A stretch of 64,000 nt of DNA from Eledone cirrhosa. Its lineage: Eukaryota. The notes beneath the pieces were generated by a model, which saw only the letters and a list, made by a program, of their open reading frames with translations, ran no database searches and was not told the DNA's origin. Location: the NCBI GenBank assembly GCA_964016885.1, contig OZ024750.1, forward strand, positions 4,154,001-4,218,000, read 5' to 3'. The translations under genes and the position numbers were made by a program. Shown here one piece after another: positions 24,378 to 38,611 of the stretch; position 1 is the first letter of the stretch; the number at the start of each line of letters is the position of its first letter.

Positions 24378-25203
24378 AGTAAATAGAGAGTAATGTAAAT
24401 GCTAAAGGTTTAAAGAGGAAATGAGAAATTTCACAGTCCACACTGTATGTAAATTTGGTTGGCGTTAGGAAGGGCAACCAGTCACAGAAACCAAGTTAGA
24501 AATGGTTCTGTGCAAGGAAGAGATGGTCATCTGCTCTGAATTGTCTCACAATGGGACAACCAATCTAACCCATGCTAGTATGGAAAATATGTGTTAAATG
24601 ATGATGATGGTGGTGATGATAATTTCTAAGAAAGGTTGAAGGGTATAAGAAAAGACTCCCCCCCCCCCTCCCCAATAGATAGATGATGACCAAACAGTAC
24701 CGCAAGTGACAGAGAGTTAAGGAACAAAGGGGAAGGTTAGAAAGTTCAAGAATTTCTTCTAAATACACACACGCACACACATGCTCATACTCATATATAA
24801 TACACACACACACTCACACATGTTCATACATATCAATACATACACACGCATGTTCATACACATACATATCAACACACACACACACGTTCATACACATAGA
24901 TATCAACACACACACGTTCATACACATACATATCAACACACACACACATGTTCATACACATACATATCAACACACACACACATGTTCATACACATACATA
25001 TCAACACACACATGTTCATACACATCAACACACACACATGTTCATACACATAGATAACACACACACACATGTTCATACACATACACATCATTGCTGTTTA
25101 GTTCAAGGTTAGCTCTAATAGATCAAGACATGTAATCCAAGACATTCTTGTTATTTTAACGATATGCAAGATATGCAGAACTACATTATTTAATTTAACC
25201 TTA

Positions 25204-25386
25204 AGGTGGATTGGCAGTATCGGTAGAGGGTCAGACACCATGCTTTCCAGCATAGTTACGTCCCTTTACGGTCTGAGTTCAAATCCCATTGAGGTTAACT
25301 TTGCCTTTCATCCTTACGGGGTCGATAAAATAAAGTACCAGTAATGTACTGGGTAATTGCTGGCCTTTTGCCAATAGTAGAAACAA
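25204..25386 (+). mobile_element. SINE A with TSD
   Basis: attatttaattta.cctt on both sides. Confidence 0.85.
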
Positions 25387-25549
25387 TTATTTAATTTACC
25401 CTTCCCTTATGTAAGAGAGTTTAAGTAAGATGTTCAGCAAACAGGAGACGTACAAAACAAATTGAAAATGAATGTTATTTGGTTTATGTTAAGTGGTAGA
25501 AGAATCTGAGATGTGGCACATAATACATAGCAAGAAGTTTGGCAAAGAG

Positions 25550-26205
25550 GAGAGGGAAGACAGGAGATATTGAGACATAGGAGATGACTTGGGGTTACTC
25601 CAGATATCTAGTAGCCATAAGGTAAGACGGGAGAGGGAAGACAGGAGATATTGAGACATAGGAGATGACTTGGGGTTACTCCAGATATCTAGTAGCCATA
25701 AGGTAAGACGGGAGAGAGAAGATGGGAGAGATTGAGACACAGGAGATGACTTGGGGTTACTCCAGATATCTAGCTGATGTAAGGTAAGACGGGAGAGAGA
25801 AGATGGGAGAGATTGAGACACAGGAGATGACTTGGGGTTACTCCAGATATCTAGTAGACGTAAGGTAAGACGGGAGAGAGAAGACGGGAGATATTGAGAC
25901 ACAGGAGATGACTTGGGGTTACTCCAGATATCTAGTAGCCATAAGGTAAGACGGGAGAGAGAAGATGGGAGAGATTGAGACACAGGAGATGACTTGGGGT
26001 TACTCCAGATATCTAGTAGACGTAAGGTAAGACGGGAGAGAGAAGATGGGAGAGATTGAGACACAGGAGATGACTTGGTGTTACTCCAGATATCTAGTAG
26101 ACGTAAGGTAAGACGGGAGAGAGAAGACGGGAGATATTGAGACACAGGAGATGACTTGGGGTTACTCCAGATATCTAGCTGATGTAAGGTAAGGAGGAGA
26201 GGAAG
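25550..26205. repeat. 81-bp minisatellite x8
   Basis: ttgagacacaggagatgacttggggttactccagatatctag... recurs every 81 bp. Confidence 0.95.
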
Positions 26206-26209
26206 ACAC

Positions 26210-26535
26210 TAAAGCTCACAGATGAGATGACAAAGGAATGCAACAAGTGGAGAGATGCTATACAGAGAAGGACCCATCCAACCCATGCACACATAGAACA
26301 ACGAACTTAAACTGATGATGATATATATGTAAAAGACACGGCCAAAAAGAACCCAGCACACACTGTCAATGTGGTTGGCACTGGGAAGGGCATCCAGCTG
26401 TAGAAAACTAGCGAGAAACTCTCCGATATGAGTGAGACATGGTCACCCAACCCAACTTGCCTCTAAATGGGACAAACCCATCTAACCCATGTTAGCGTCG
26501 AAGATAGACATTAATCGATGATGATGATGTTGATG
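26210..26535 (+). mobile_element. RTE 3' end (tail type 2) followed by RTE-tailed SINE body
   Basis: LKLTDEMTKECNKWRDAI then ccatccaacccatgc; second module with ggaagggcatccagctgtag. Confidence 0.6.
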
Positions 26536-26624
26536 ATATATATATATCATTTAGACCAAGCTGATGATCCAAATAAGATGAAACAATTGTTCTCAGGATG
26601 GTGAACTAACTGTTGTGGTACTAC

Positions 26625-26662
<38 letters not shown>

Positions 26663-27007
26663 CAACAGATAAAAGCCATATTTTCTAATCTAGATGACAG
26701 TTTCAGGTACTCAGTTATGCCACCTGCATCTGTTAACACATTAATTTTGTCTTTAATCTCAGACATAAATATAAACTGCTGGGATTAAAAACTGCAATTT
26801 GCTTAATTAATAAAACTAAAGCCAATCATAGAAAGAGATTGGGTTGGATTAATAAGAATGAACCACATCTTATAATTCAGAAACTATACATATACGTACT
26901 GTACTTAGACATAAATATTTATGTATACATACTCATGAACACACACAGAGGAACAGGTATGTAATATACGTATGCAAACACACAGGAAAATATATATAAT
27001 ATATAAT

Positions 27008-27353
27008 GGAGGCACATGGCTTAGTGGTTCAAGCATTGGCCTTGCAATCGAAAGGTTGTGAGTTCAATTCTCAGACCGGGTGATGTGTTGTTTCCTTGAG
27101 CAAGACACTTTATTTCACATTGCTCCAGTTTACTCAGCTGTAGAAATGAGATGATAGGGACTGGGTTCCCTATCAGTTCACTGCAAAGTGGTCGTGGAGG
27201 TGCCACGGCAAAAAAGCACCCAGCACTCACTGTAAATGAGGTTGGTGTTAGGAAGGGCATCCAGCTGTAGAAATCAAGCCAGAATCAGTTCCCGTCCCAC
27301 CCTTGCAAGCAGGGAAAAGCAGACGTAAAATGAAATGAATGAAAATGAAATGA
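27008..27353 (+). mobile_element. Full-length SINE B
   Basis: Nearly identical to 6475-6814. Confidence 0.85.
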
Positions 27354-27592
27354 ATATTGTGTATTATATATATACTAGCAGGGAAAGTGGATGTTAAATG
27401 AAATGAATGATATACACACCTACACAGATGAACGTGTTTATAACACAAACACACAGGAAAATATATATAATATATACACACCTACAGACAGGAACATGTT
27501 TATAACAATTATATTATCATATATAAACATACACACACATTATAACACATATATAATATGATATATGTACACACACAGAGAGAGAGGAGCAC

Positions 27593-27624
<32 letters not shown>

Positions 27625-27844
27625 GAGTAAAATATGTATAGTATATACACACAGAGAGGAACAGATATATAATATCTATATATACACACATAACATGGCT
27701 GAGTATTCCACAGACGTGAGTACCTTTAACTTAATCCTGAGGAGGCCAAAACCAGATTAAGTCCTTTTGAAGCTCCAAGAACTTAAAAGATTATGGCATT
27801 CCCCATATGTATATATACACAAACATATATATATATATATATAT

Positions 27845-28005
27845 GAAAAATTCAGGATCCCAACAGCTGAGCTCCTCCTGTTTCAACAGTTCGAATCTAG
27901 CTGTTGATACAGCAGGTGCTCAGCTCATATTACCCACTCTACTATCCCAAGTATTGAGTACTATGGTGAGTAATGGTTTAACTGGTTTTTACTGCATCCA
28001 TTCTG

Positions 28006-28008
<3 letters not shown>
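27845..28008 (+). mobile_element. Hairpin element family P8
   Basis: Homologous to 12650-12822, (TA)n-flanked. Confidence 0.6.
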
Positions 28009-28051
<43 letters not shown>

Positions 28052-28163
28052 TTTTATTAGGGCTAAATAGTGAGTGTTGCAACTCTGGAGTTTCAGCTGT
28101 TTATCACAGGGTCATCAATTAACCTGAGGTTATGACAAAATATTTCTACACAAGTTTGAGCCT

Positions 28164-28228
<65 letters not shown>

Positions 28229-28343
28229 TCTAAAACTATCCGGCTGTAAAAATCCTAGCCTGAAAAATTCTCACTCAGCCCATGCCAACATGTAAAAACT
28301 GATTTGAAAACGATGATGATGATGGTAATGATGACAATGATAC

Positions 28344-28376
<33 letters not shown>

Positions 28377-28593
28377 CAATGATGATGATGATGATGATAT
28401 ACACATTCCAATTTTAATAAGTGTGGCATTTAGAAAATATTGTAAAGTGAAATATCAATATTATATAAGGAAAGGATTTAGAAGGAATTGATTTTTGTTT
28501 GAAATCACGTGATATGGACTTTAGAAAAAATAATTTTAGAGTTATAAATGATTTACTTAACATTGAATTAAGAAGTAATTGATACAAAATAAT

Positions 28594-28782
28594 AATTGTT
28601 TCTAGTTTTGGTACAAGGCCAGAAATTATCCCAGTGTATTACTGGTTCTTTATTTTATCGACCCCGTAAGGATTAAAGGCAAAGTTAACCTCAGCAGGAT
28701 TTGAACTCAGACCGTAAAGGAATGTAACTCTATGCTGGAAAGCATGGCGTCCGACCCTCTACCGATACTGCCAATCCACCAC
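28594..28782 (-). mobile_element. SINE A
   Basis: Family consensus. Confidence 0.85.
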
Positions 28783-28918
28783 AAGATAATAATAATGTTG
28801 ATGTTGGTTTTGGAACGAGTTCAGACTCTTTTGTTTGGTGTCAGGTTCAATTTCTTGTGGTGGAGTTTTTCCATTCTTTTGGCCTTGATTTAAAAATAAG
28901 TACCATACCATATATATA

Positions 28919-29105
28919 AGTCGATCGACTTTCCGTTGGTCTTTCCAATTGCTAATACTCTCTATCGGTCGCAACTCCAGGTAGAAGGAACAACATGATA
29001 TAAAGTGTCTTGCCCAAGGACATAACGGATCACCCGGTCCGGGAATCGAACTCACAACCTCACGATTGCGAATCCAATTCTCTAACCACTCAGCCACGCG
29101 CCTTC
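28919..29105 (-). mobile_element. SINE B2
   Basis: tggctgagtggttagag, gagttcgattccc, gtccttgggcaagacactt. Confidence 0.75.
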
Positions 29106-29775
29106 ACTACCATACCATATTGATTTAAAAATCAAAGAAAAGGAGTGAGGAAAAATAAATAGATAATGATTTGGGATTGAAGTATTGAACAAACTGAATC
29201 TTTTCATGTCACAGTCTTTAGCAGAAATCATGCCAACATTATGTCAAGATAACAATAGATCGTTGTCTTATTCAGAGAAGAAGTATCTAGCCTGTGTAAC
29301 CCTGGATAAATGGGAAACTTTCCAGCATTATCAGCTAATTTGGCTTCAATAATGAAATATAAAGCTTCTTTTAGCTATGTATAAGGTTCATTTTGTAAAG
29401 GGAGTGCACGCATGGGCTTTTAACTCCTGTTGAAGTTATAGGTGTGCCGTCTAGGGTAAGTTAAACCCGGTGGAGCTCAGCTCTGTCTAGGTGTGAACAC
29501 AGTCAATTTTTTACAAATGAAAGTCAGAGAGAAAGGAAATGAGAAAAAGATATAGAGGAAGAATCGAGTCCCATCCCAGACTGGTACTTTATCGACCTTC
29601 ATAGAATGAAAGGGAGTACATACATAGTTAATAAAATTACCGTTCCTCGATAATATTTTACTAGTGTCTAGTTTTCTATTTGGTGCCTTGACCATTTGTG
29701 TGACAGCTCACACCTGTGCAGGTTTAGCTGGCCTCCTCCAAGGTATATCTCGTTGGAGGTATCTTGAGTAATTTA

Positions 29776-29944
29776 ATGATAGGGACCCCAGTCCTATCAT
29801 CTCATTTCCACAGCTGATTAAACTGGAGCAACGTGAAATAAAGTGTCTTGCTCAAGGAAACAACATATCACCCGGTCCGACAATTGAACTCACAACCTTT
29901 CGATTGCAAGCCCAATGCTCTAACTACTAAGCCATGCGCCTTCA
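29776..29944 (-). mobile_element. SINE B 5' half
   Basis: Head plus CORE. Confidence 0.75.
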
Positions 29945-30069
29945 CTTCTTTGACCATATATGGCAATGATTCCTTGCAAAAACATGAGGAGAAAAATGAG
30001 ATTGTGATCTTCATGCTTTTAAAAAGGAATCGATTAATAAGATCTCAGACCTCATTTGCTTCAGCAAAA

Positions 30070-30470
30070 TGCTTCATTTTTCACATTGCTCCAGTATATT
30101 CAGCTGTAAATGACTACCAGCAGCAATAGCTGGGAGTTTAACCCTTTAGTATTTACATTACTCTATATTTACTATTGTATTTTTGTGGTAAAGTCTTTAT
30201 CTTACACAATTATCTCACATAATATCGAATCTGGGATTTTGATATTAATTATTTTGAGACCAACACCTTAACATTGGTATGAGTGATCAGTTACAGCTGG
30301 TTTGAACAGAAATAGGTGAGAGAATTCTGGCCGGATACGGCCGGTTTAAATGCTAAGGGGCGAACCCTGTGATGGACTGGCATTCTATCCAGGGGGAGAC
30401 TTGTACTCTCAGTTGTTTCACACCACAGAAACCAGGATAAGCACCAGTCTAAAGAGCCTCCAAGCTCAAC
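30070..30470 (+). mobile_element. CORE plus Nin/Deu-domain SINE split by MITE family 1 (30138-30362)
   Basis: cacattgctccagt..tcagctgtaaatg left of the MITE; aaccctgtgatggactggcattctatccaggggg...agaaaccaggataagc right of it. Confidence 0.6.
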
Positions 30471-30897
30471 ACAGACTTTGGAGGCTCTACTAATACATAT
30501 ATAAAAACACTCTTCACTATTCCACCTATTACAAACAAACTGAAATGGTTAAGTACTATTTCAAAACTGTTTATTTTTAAAATGATTCACTGCCAATAAG
30601 TCTTGACATAGAACCAAAACATTCTTTCCAAATTATTTTTGATTCATTCTTGTCCTGTAGAAGCCAAAGGTGTATTCCCCATTAAAAATAAAATATAAAA
30701 AGCCTCGGTTTTGTTCATACAACAAACTGTTAACTATATAGAATTCAGTGAGGCAAGTATGTGACTGCTAAATAGAATATTGGCAAAATACCAATCCAGT
30801 GTACTGAAGATTATCTTAATCAGTGTTGGATGATGAAATGTTTATTCAGTTAAATTAAACATTTTAGTCATGTTCTAAATATTGCACAAGGACTTGT

Positions 30898-31426
30898 TTA
30901 ACCCTTTAGCATTTAACCCTTTAACATTTACATTACTCTAGATATACTATTGTATTTTTGTAGTAAAGGCTTTATCTTACATAATTATCTCACATAATAT
31001 CGAATCTATGAGATTTTGAGGTTATTTATTTAACATCAGTTTGAACAGAAAGAGGTGAGAGAATTCTGGCTGGATATGGCCGGTTTAAATGCTAAAGGGT
31101 TACACCTGCCATATCGGGCCAGAATTCTCTCACCCCCTCCTGTTTAAACTGACCATAACTATGAAAAGAAATAACACAAAGGTATTTCAGCCATGATGAT
31201 GTAATCAAAATATATCTTAACCCTTTAGTATTTAAACTGGTTGTATCTGGTCAGAATTCTCTCATCTCTTTCTGTTCAAACTGACCATAACTGGCTACTT
31301 ATATTTATGCTAAGGTATTGTTCTCAAAATAAATGATATCAAAATCTTGCAGCTTCGATATTATGTGAGATGTTATGTGAAAATACAAAGAGAATATATA
31401 GAGTAATGTAAATGTTAAAGGGTTAA
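30898..31426. mobile_element. Cluster of piggyBac-type MITE family 1 copies (30898-31102, partial 31103-31160, 31217-31426)
   Basis: TTAA-ccctttag termini in alternating orientation. Confidence 0.8.
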
Positions 31427-31644
31427 CCCATTTCCTGCAATATTTCTAATGAAAAACACTGCCTATGATTTTCTAAGCATTTTGAAAAAGAAAAATACAT
31501 AAACAAGAATTTGGAAGAGGTTTAATAAAATAATGAACTTTGTCATTATTAAGGCAGTGTTTGGAATATAAACTAACAGAGGTTCTTACATAAAATTTCT
31601 TTATATTAAGCTTCTTCTATAAATCTTTTTGCCAGGAGTTGTGA

Positions 31645-31845
31645 ATATAAATTTTTAGTGACTAGAGAGTTGGATTCACAATTGTAAGGTTGTGAGTTCG
31701 ATTCCCAGGGCAGGTGATGTGTTATGTCCTTGAGCAAGACACTTTATTTCACATTGCTCCTTCTGCCAAGAGTTGCAATCAGTAGAAAGTATCAGCAATT
31801 GGAAAGACCTATGGAAACATTGTTTCCTTGGTCCAGTTTGACCAG
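31645..31845 (+). mobile_element. SINE B2
   Basis: gagttcgattccc, gtccttgagcaagacactt, B2 3' module. Confidence 0.7.
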
Positions 31846-32704
31846 TTCCACATCACTTGGTAAGTGAATGAGGTCTGGGATCTTGTCAATTTGAATTAAA
31901 AAGAAAAAAAATTAGCATTATGAATTAGCCCCATTCCAAAGACTGAAATTGATGAAATAAATTCAAGACTTAAAAAAAATAGTGCTGGGGTCAATATAAT
32001 TGAGGAAATCCTTTCATGTATGTGCTCCAGCTTAGTCGTAGTCTAATGACTGACATCAGTAAAAATAGTCAAAGAATAAAAGATAAAGAACAACACAGTG
32101 ATATTAAAAAAAAACAGTTATTGATGCAAGATTTGAACACATGACCTTGCAGTTAGTCCTGTTGTCACATGTCACAAACTGTTAATATATACCTGCAGAT
32201 GACTTGTGTATGATACTTGGTCAGGTTAACAGATCACATGGAGGATAAGATAATGAGGTATAATACTCACATGTATTTATGTAAACACAGACACAAACAA
32301 ACACACACACATGCATGCAGACAAACACACACATATACACATGTAAAGACAAGCACACACACACACACACACGCAGACAAACATACACATATATGCAAAC
32401 AAAAACACACACAACCAAAGACACAGACAGACAAACACACATAGACAAAAACACACACACAGAGGCAAACACACACACACATGCAAAGACAAACACACAC
32501 ACACACAGGCAAACACACTCACATACAGATACAAACACACACGCACATAAACACAAATACACACACACACACATCACATGCAGACACAGACACTCACAGA
32601 AAGACAGACACACAAAGAGTATGTTAGTTGTGGCAGCTATCAGTTCCAGTCCTGTATACAGAGTTGGTGAGAGGAACATCCACATGGTAAGAAACATCAC
32701 CCCT

Positions 32705-33280
32705 ACCTCACACCACATGTACACCCCTCCTACACCACGTGCACCCCTCCTACACCACATGCACCTCTCCTACACCACATGCACCCCTCCTACACCACAT
32801 GCACCTCTCCTACACCACATGCACCCCTCCTACACCACGTGCACCCATCCTACACCACATGCACCCTCCTACACCACGTGCACCCCTCCTACACCACATG
32901 CACCTCTCCTACACCACATGCACCCCTCCTACACCACGTGCACCCCTCCTACACCATGTACACCCCTCCTACACCACATGCACCCCTCCAACACCACATG
33001 CACCCCTCATACACTACGTGCACCCCTCCTACACCACATGCACCCCTCCTACACCACATGCACCCCTCCTACACCACATGCACCCCTCCTACACCATGTA
33101 CACCCCTCCTACACCACATGCACCCCTCCAACACCACATGCACCCCTCATACACCACATGCACCCCTCCTACACCACATGCACCCCTCCTACACCACATG
33201 CACCCCTCCTACACCACATGCACCCCTCCTACACCACGTGCACCCCTCCTACACCATGTACACCCCTCCTACACCACATA
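32705..33280. repeat. 20-bp minisatellite about 29x
   Basis: cacccctcctacaccacatg. Confidence 0.95.
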
Positions 33281-33520
33281 TACTTATATATGTTGTTAGA
33301 TGCAGCAGTAATTAGCTAACTGCAGTCCTGGCCAGATGATGGCAATGAAATATCTAGGATTAATGGAGATTTTATTGGTATTAAATTTAAGTAAGATTTT
33401 AGATAAGTAACTATACATACACACACATTGTATATATATATATATATATACATAAACACATACACACACACACATTATATATATACACACACATATATAT
33501 ATATATATACATAAACACAC

Positions 33521-33558
<38 letters not shown>

Positions 33559-33590
33559 AACACACACACACACATATATATATATATATG

Positions 33591-34055
33591 TAAAAGTTCT
33601 ATTTAAATTTTTGGGATGCAACAAGCAAATATTTTTATAACTGATATAAAGCACTCAACAAATATTTGGAGTAAAAATACGATATATTAACAAATGGAAA
33701 CTATATTTATAAAACCATATTTATTTCATTATACATATTTCAAGGACACCAAGTAAAATTATGGTGTGCTTTCATCAGATAAAATATAATATAGAGCAGT
33801 TCTATAAATAAATATTGACATACCCTTAAAGAATGCAACCATTACTGAAATAAATGGAAACTATATTTATAAAACCATATTTATTCTATTATATATATTT
33901 CAAGGGTACCAAAACTTTGGTACGTTTTATAAATATAGTTTCCATTTATTTAATATCATTGAATATTATACTCCAGAAAACTGTTGAGTGCTCTGAATCA
34001 GTTATAAACATTTATATTTGTTGAATTACCAACAAATTGAATATCCCTTCTGCTT
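33591..34055. mobile_element. Old hammerhead-bearing element family P5 with direct and inverted partial repeats
   Basis: 33595-33715 inverted with 33925-34050; 33692-33750 direct with 33852-33912; (TA)n-flanked. Confidence 0.6.
33724..33784 (-). ncRNA. Type I hammerhead ribozyme (P5)
   Basis: ttttat-CTGATGA-aagcacacca-loop-tggtgtcctt-GAAA-ta-tg-t-ATA-atgaaa. Confidence 0.6.
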
Positions 34056-34870
34056 ATATATATATATATATATATACATGTAAATGTGGTTGGCGCTAGG
34101 AAGGGTGTTCAGCCGTAGAAAACCAGCCAGAAACTCTCCTATGAGAGCGAGACACGGTCACCGACCCAACTTGCCTCTAAATGGGACAAACCCGTCTAAC
34201 CCATGCTAATGTGGAAAATGGACGTTAAACGATGATGATGATGCTATATATATGCATATATATACATACACATACATAGATATATATTAATAGTCGATTG
34301 ACAAGATCTCAGACCTCATTCACTTAGCAAGTGGGGTGGAGCTTGTCAAATCGGACCGAGGAAACAATGTTTCCATTGGTCTTTCCAATTGCTAATACTG
34401 ATACTGCCAATCCACTGCCCTTGTTAATGTAAAAATAATTGTTTCTACTTTTGGCACAAAAATAATGATATTTATATATGTGTGTGAATTTGTGAGTTTG
34501 TGAGTGTGAGTTTGTGTGAGTGAGTGCGTGTGTGCGAGTCTGTGTGTGCAAGTCTGTGTGTGTTTGTTTGTGAGTTTAAGAGTGTGTGTGAGTTTGTGAG
34601 TGTCAGTGTGTGAGTTTGTATGAGTGTCTGTGTGTGTATGTATTGATTAAGAGTTCAAATGACAAACAAAACTAATTACTGAATAAACAAGGAAATGTAA
34701 AGCAAAGAAAATAAGATAAAACAATGTTGATAGTTTTAATCTAATTAAAACAACCAAACAAAAGAAGAAGAACAACAACAACAAACAAAGGAAGTACAAA
34801 ACACAAACAAAAACTGTAAGTTGTAAACAAGTGGTGATAGTGAGAGGAATTAATAAAGTTGTGATGGTCG

Positions 34871-35260
34871 TGTCAGTATGAACTGGATGGCAGCAGATAT
34901 GACTGTGTTGTTAGTGTTGTGTCAGTATGAACTGGATGGCAGCAGATATGACTGTGTTGTTAGTGTTGTGTCAGTATGAACTGGATGGCAGCAGATATGA
35001 CTGTGTTGTTAGTGTTGTGTCAATATGAACTGGATGGCAGCAGATATGACTGTGTTGTTAGTGTTGTGTCAGTATGAACTGGATGGCAGCAGATATGACT
35101 GTGTTGTTAGTGTTGTGTCAGTATGAACTGGATGGCAGCAGATATGACTGTGTTGTTAGTGTTGTGTCAGTATGAACTGGATGGCAGCAGATATGACTGT
35201 GTTGTTAGTGTTGTGTCAGTATGAACTGGATGGCAGCAGATATGACTGTGTTGTTAGTGT
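34871..35260. repeat. 49-bp minisatellite x8
   Basis: tgtcagtatgaactggatggcagcagatatgactgtgttgttagtgttg. Confidence 0.95.
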
Positions 35261-35483
35261 GGGTTGTGAGGTTAATGTTTCAAATTAAGGTTTTTGTCTC
35301 GTCAAATCAGATCAAGGAAACAATGTTTCCATTTGTCTTTCCATCGCTGATACTTTATTTTAGTGACCCCTAAAAGGATGAAAAGCAAAACTGACATTGG
35401 TGGGATTTGAACCTGAATCCTTGAACAAAAAAACCCCATAAAGTATATAATCTAACAACTCTACCATTTCTATAGGAAAATAT

Positions 35484-35684
35484 AATTGTTTCTACTTTAG
35501 GCACAAGGCCAGCTATTTGAAAGTTGATTAAATCGACCCCAGTGTATTACTGGTGCTTTATTTTATTGAACCCGCAAGGATGAAAGGCAAAGCTAACCTC
35601 GGCGGGATTTGAACTCAGAACATAAAGGGCCATAACTATGCTGCAAAGCATGGTGTCTGACGCTCTACTGATACTGCCAATCTG
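35484..35684 (-). mobile_element. SINE A
   Basis: Family consensus; older copy adjacent at 35350-35470. Confidence 0.8.
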
Positions 35685-36192
35685 TTGTATAATAAATGTT
35701 CTTTCTTCTCTACTGAAGGACCTTATTTCCCCCAACCCACCACCAAAAAAAAAAAAAAATCAATAAAAAATACCAATCAAAATTTATTGTCAGAAGGTAT
35801 CAGATATTTAAGTTCTTAGCAGTAGATATCTCATTGTATCGTTGGAATTTAATTTTATCCTTCACTTCATCATATAATCAGTTTCTTCTAAACTTTGGCC
35901 CTGTTCTAATTCTCTCTCCATTTTTCACCACACCCTCAAACAGACCAGACAATATTTCCAGGAAGAATTATTTAATTTTCCACTGGACTGCTTACATAGA
36001 AGACATTGTTAAAGAAACATTAAGTGTGCTACTGATACCGAATTGCAGCCGACTAAGTCAAAGTCGACAGGGTTTTAGACTTACTAAGGTATTTTAGTTT
36101 ACAAGGGTTTTTTCCAACTCGATGACGTATATGTGTATATGTTTGTGTGTGTATGTGCATATATTTATATGTATGAGTATCATCATCATCAT

Positions 36193-36415
36193 TTAACCCT
36201 TTAGCATTCAAACCGGCCATAACCGGCCAGAATTCTCTCACCTCTTTCTGTTCGAACTGGTTGTAACCAGCTACTCATACTAACGTACTGTACTCCAAAT
36301 AAATAATATCAAAATCTCATAGATTCGATATTATGTGAGATAATTGTGTCAGGTAAAGCTTTTATCATGAAATTATAATAGTATATATAGAGTAATGTAA
36401 ATACTAAAGGGTTAA
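36193..36415. mobile_element. piggyBac-type MITE family 1
   Basis: TTAA-ccctttagcatt ... aatactaaaggg-TTAA. Confidence 0.85.
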
Positions 36416-36535
36416 TGTCCAGTACTTGAGCATACATGCAATATGTGTGGTCAGATATTTGACAAGAGGTACGCAAGTGATTTACATGTAGTTTTAAATT
36501 AATGATAGCTGGAAATTTTTTTCTTCTTCTTGACC

Positions 36536-36762
36536 CACTTAGAGGGTCGTGAGGGCAGAGTCTTCAAACATTCCTTTCGGTGGGTCCTGTCAGAGGCAAC
36601 TGTCTCCAACTGATCCAGCTAGATCCCCAAGTGAGACCAACTGAGCTCATAGATGTTATCCAACCATCTTGCTCGGGGTCTACCCCTGGGTCTCCTGCTG
36701 GTTAGTTTTGTCCGTAAAATCTGTCCAGTGATTCTTTCCTGAGACATTCTAACCACATGTCC
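36536..36762 (-). mobile_element. RTE LINE family 2 3' end
   Basis: GHVVRMSQERITGQILRTKLTSRRPRGRPRARWLDNIYELSWSHLGI, (aag)n tail. Confidence 0.8.
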
Positions 36763-37426
36763 AAGAAGGAAAATTTTATTTAGTAGGATAATAGAAGAAA
36801 GTTCCAAACATGAAACTGTTTATATCAAATAACAACAGACAGTTCTGGTTGTGGAAATATGAAGAATGAAAGAATTCAATGAGACGTTTGGATGTCATTC
36901 ATAAATTCTAGGTTAAACAAAGTCTATTTTTTGTTTTATCGTTCTACAACTTTCTTTAATCTAAAATACACACTAACCATGAGTTTCAATTTACTTTGAA
37001 AATAATAATAAATTTTGAAAGCATTTGTGAAATAACTAACAATTTCATTATTAAGTTGATATTTCGACTGTATTTTAACAAAAAGTACTTTCAGAAAATT
37101 ATGATGAAAGGTTTTAATTTAAATATGAATACTTGAAAATGAATGGATTTTGTCATAGAACCAGAGGAGGTCTTAAGTAGTTTCGTATGAAAAGAGTTAA
37201 TATTTTTGTTTGCTATATTTCGAATGAAAAATATTGCTATACTTTTCAAGTCATTTTGAAAATAATAAAGAATTTAGAAAAATTTAGTAAAATAACCTTC
37301 TCATTATTAAGCTGGTGTTTGGAACATAACTTAACAAAGCTTCTTGCATAGAATTATGATGGAAGGTTTTTAAATAAATACAAACACTTTAAAACAAACA
37401 GTTTTGTATGGTTAAACTTGGAGTGG

Positions 37427-37750
37427 TTTAAACATTTAGAATTTAAACCAGTCATATCTAGCCAGAATTCTCTCACATCTTTCTCTTCAAACTGATATTA
37501 AAGTATAAATCTCAAAATAATTAACATCAAAATCTCATAAATTTAATATCATGTGAGATAAAGCCTTTACCATGAAAACAATAGTATATATAGAGTAATG
37601 TAAATGTTATGTGAGATATCATGTGAGATAAAGCCTTTACCATGAAAACAATAGTATATGTAGAGTAATGTAAATGTTATGTGAGATATTATGTGAGATA
37701 AAGCCTTTACCATGAAAACAATAGTATATATAGAGTAATGTAAATGGTAA
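37427..37750. mobile_element. MITE family 1 with 70-bp unit x3
   Basis: Same junction (atctcacataa|catttacattactc on minus strand) as 18421-19266. Confidence 0.7.
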
Positions 37751-37982
37751 ACTAGGAGTGGTTTAAGGCAAGTACTGTATATACTTGAATAAAAGCCAAC
37801 CCCCATTTAACAATTGATTTTTTGGTCACATATTCCTCACCTTATATTTGAATATTTATGGTAATTTATTTCATAGAACCAAATGGTCTCAGATAGTTTG
37901 GTATCAAATGAGCTAAACATTTGTCTAAAATGTCTTTCATCAACTAAAAAGAGTCGTCTATAGCAATATTGGAATTTACAAC

Positions 37983-38260
37983 AATAAAACTGGGTATAAG
38001 AGGAATTAGATGTAGTGTAGAGGAGAGAAGAATGGTTTGGTCATGTGATGAATAAGGAGGTTAATTGTTGAGTGAAAAAGTGCTAAGAAATCCCAGTGGA
38101 AGGAAGTTGCAGTAGAGGAAGACCTAAGAAGACCTGGACAGAGGTTGTGAAGGCTGATCTCAAATCACTGAATCTGAGAGGAATGACAAAGAACCATAAG
38201 TGGAGGAGGGGTACTGTGCTAGAAAAAAGACCCATCTAACCCATGCAAGCATGGAAAAGC
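37983..38260 (+). mobile_element. Degenerate RTE 3' end (tail type 2)
   Basis: KLGIRGIRCSV..WFGHVM..RGRPKKTWTEVVKADLKSLNL then cccatctaacccatgcaagcatggaaaag. Confidence 0.7.
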
Positions 38261-38579
38261 AGGGATAACATGTTGACGATGCACTCAGTGCACTCTGTAA
38301 CGTGGTAGTGCCATGAGAAATGCACTGAGTACATCCTGTAAAGAGCATCCAGTCATAGAAACCATGTCAAATATGGAATGTAAGGAGAAAAATGAGGTCA
38401 CTATGACCTGTCTGGTCTCGGATTATAACAACCCATCCAACCCATGCCAGCACAGAAAGCATTCATACAATGATGATAATGATGATGATGCCCTTTCTGA
38501 CATCAACCTTTTTAGTCAACTCTTATGGCATGCAGGGATACAGTCTACCCATTCCAAAACCCAAGATACACACGATACC

Positions 38580-38611
<32 letters not shown>

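Noticed and set aside
25489-26145. 218-aa ORF with a 27-aa Leu/Ser repeat, superficially LRR-like
   Set aside because: 81-bp unit is a multiple of three; no start context or splice support; abuts an RTE remnant
26690-26736. Hammerhead-like cagatgc-aggt..acct-gaaac-t-gtc (minus)
   Set aside because: Two core mismatches and no stem I
32315-33319. 334-aa His/Pro/Thr-rich ORF
   Set aside because: CA-rich tract plus 20-bp minisatellite
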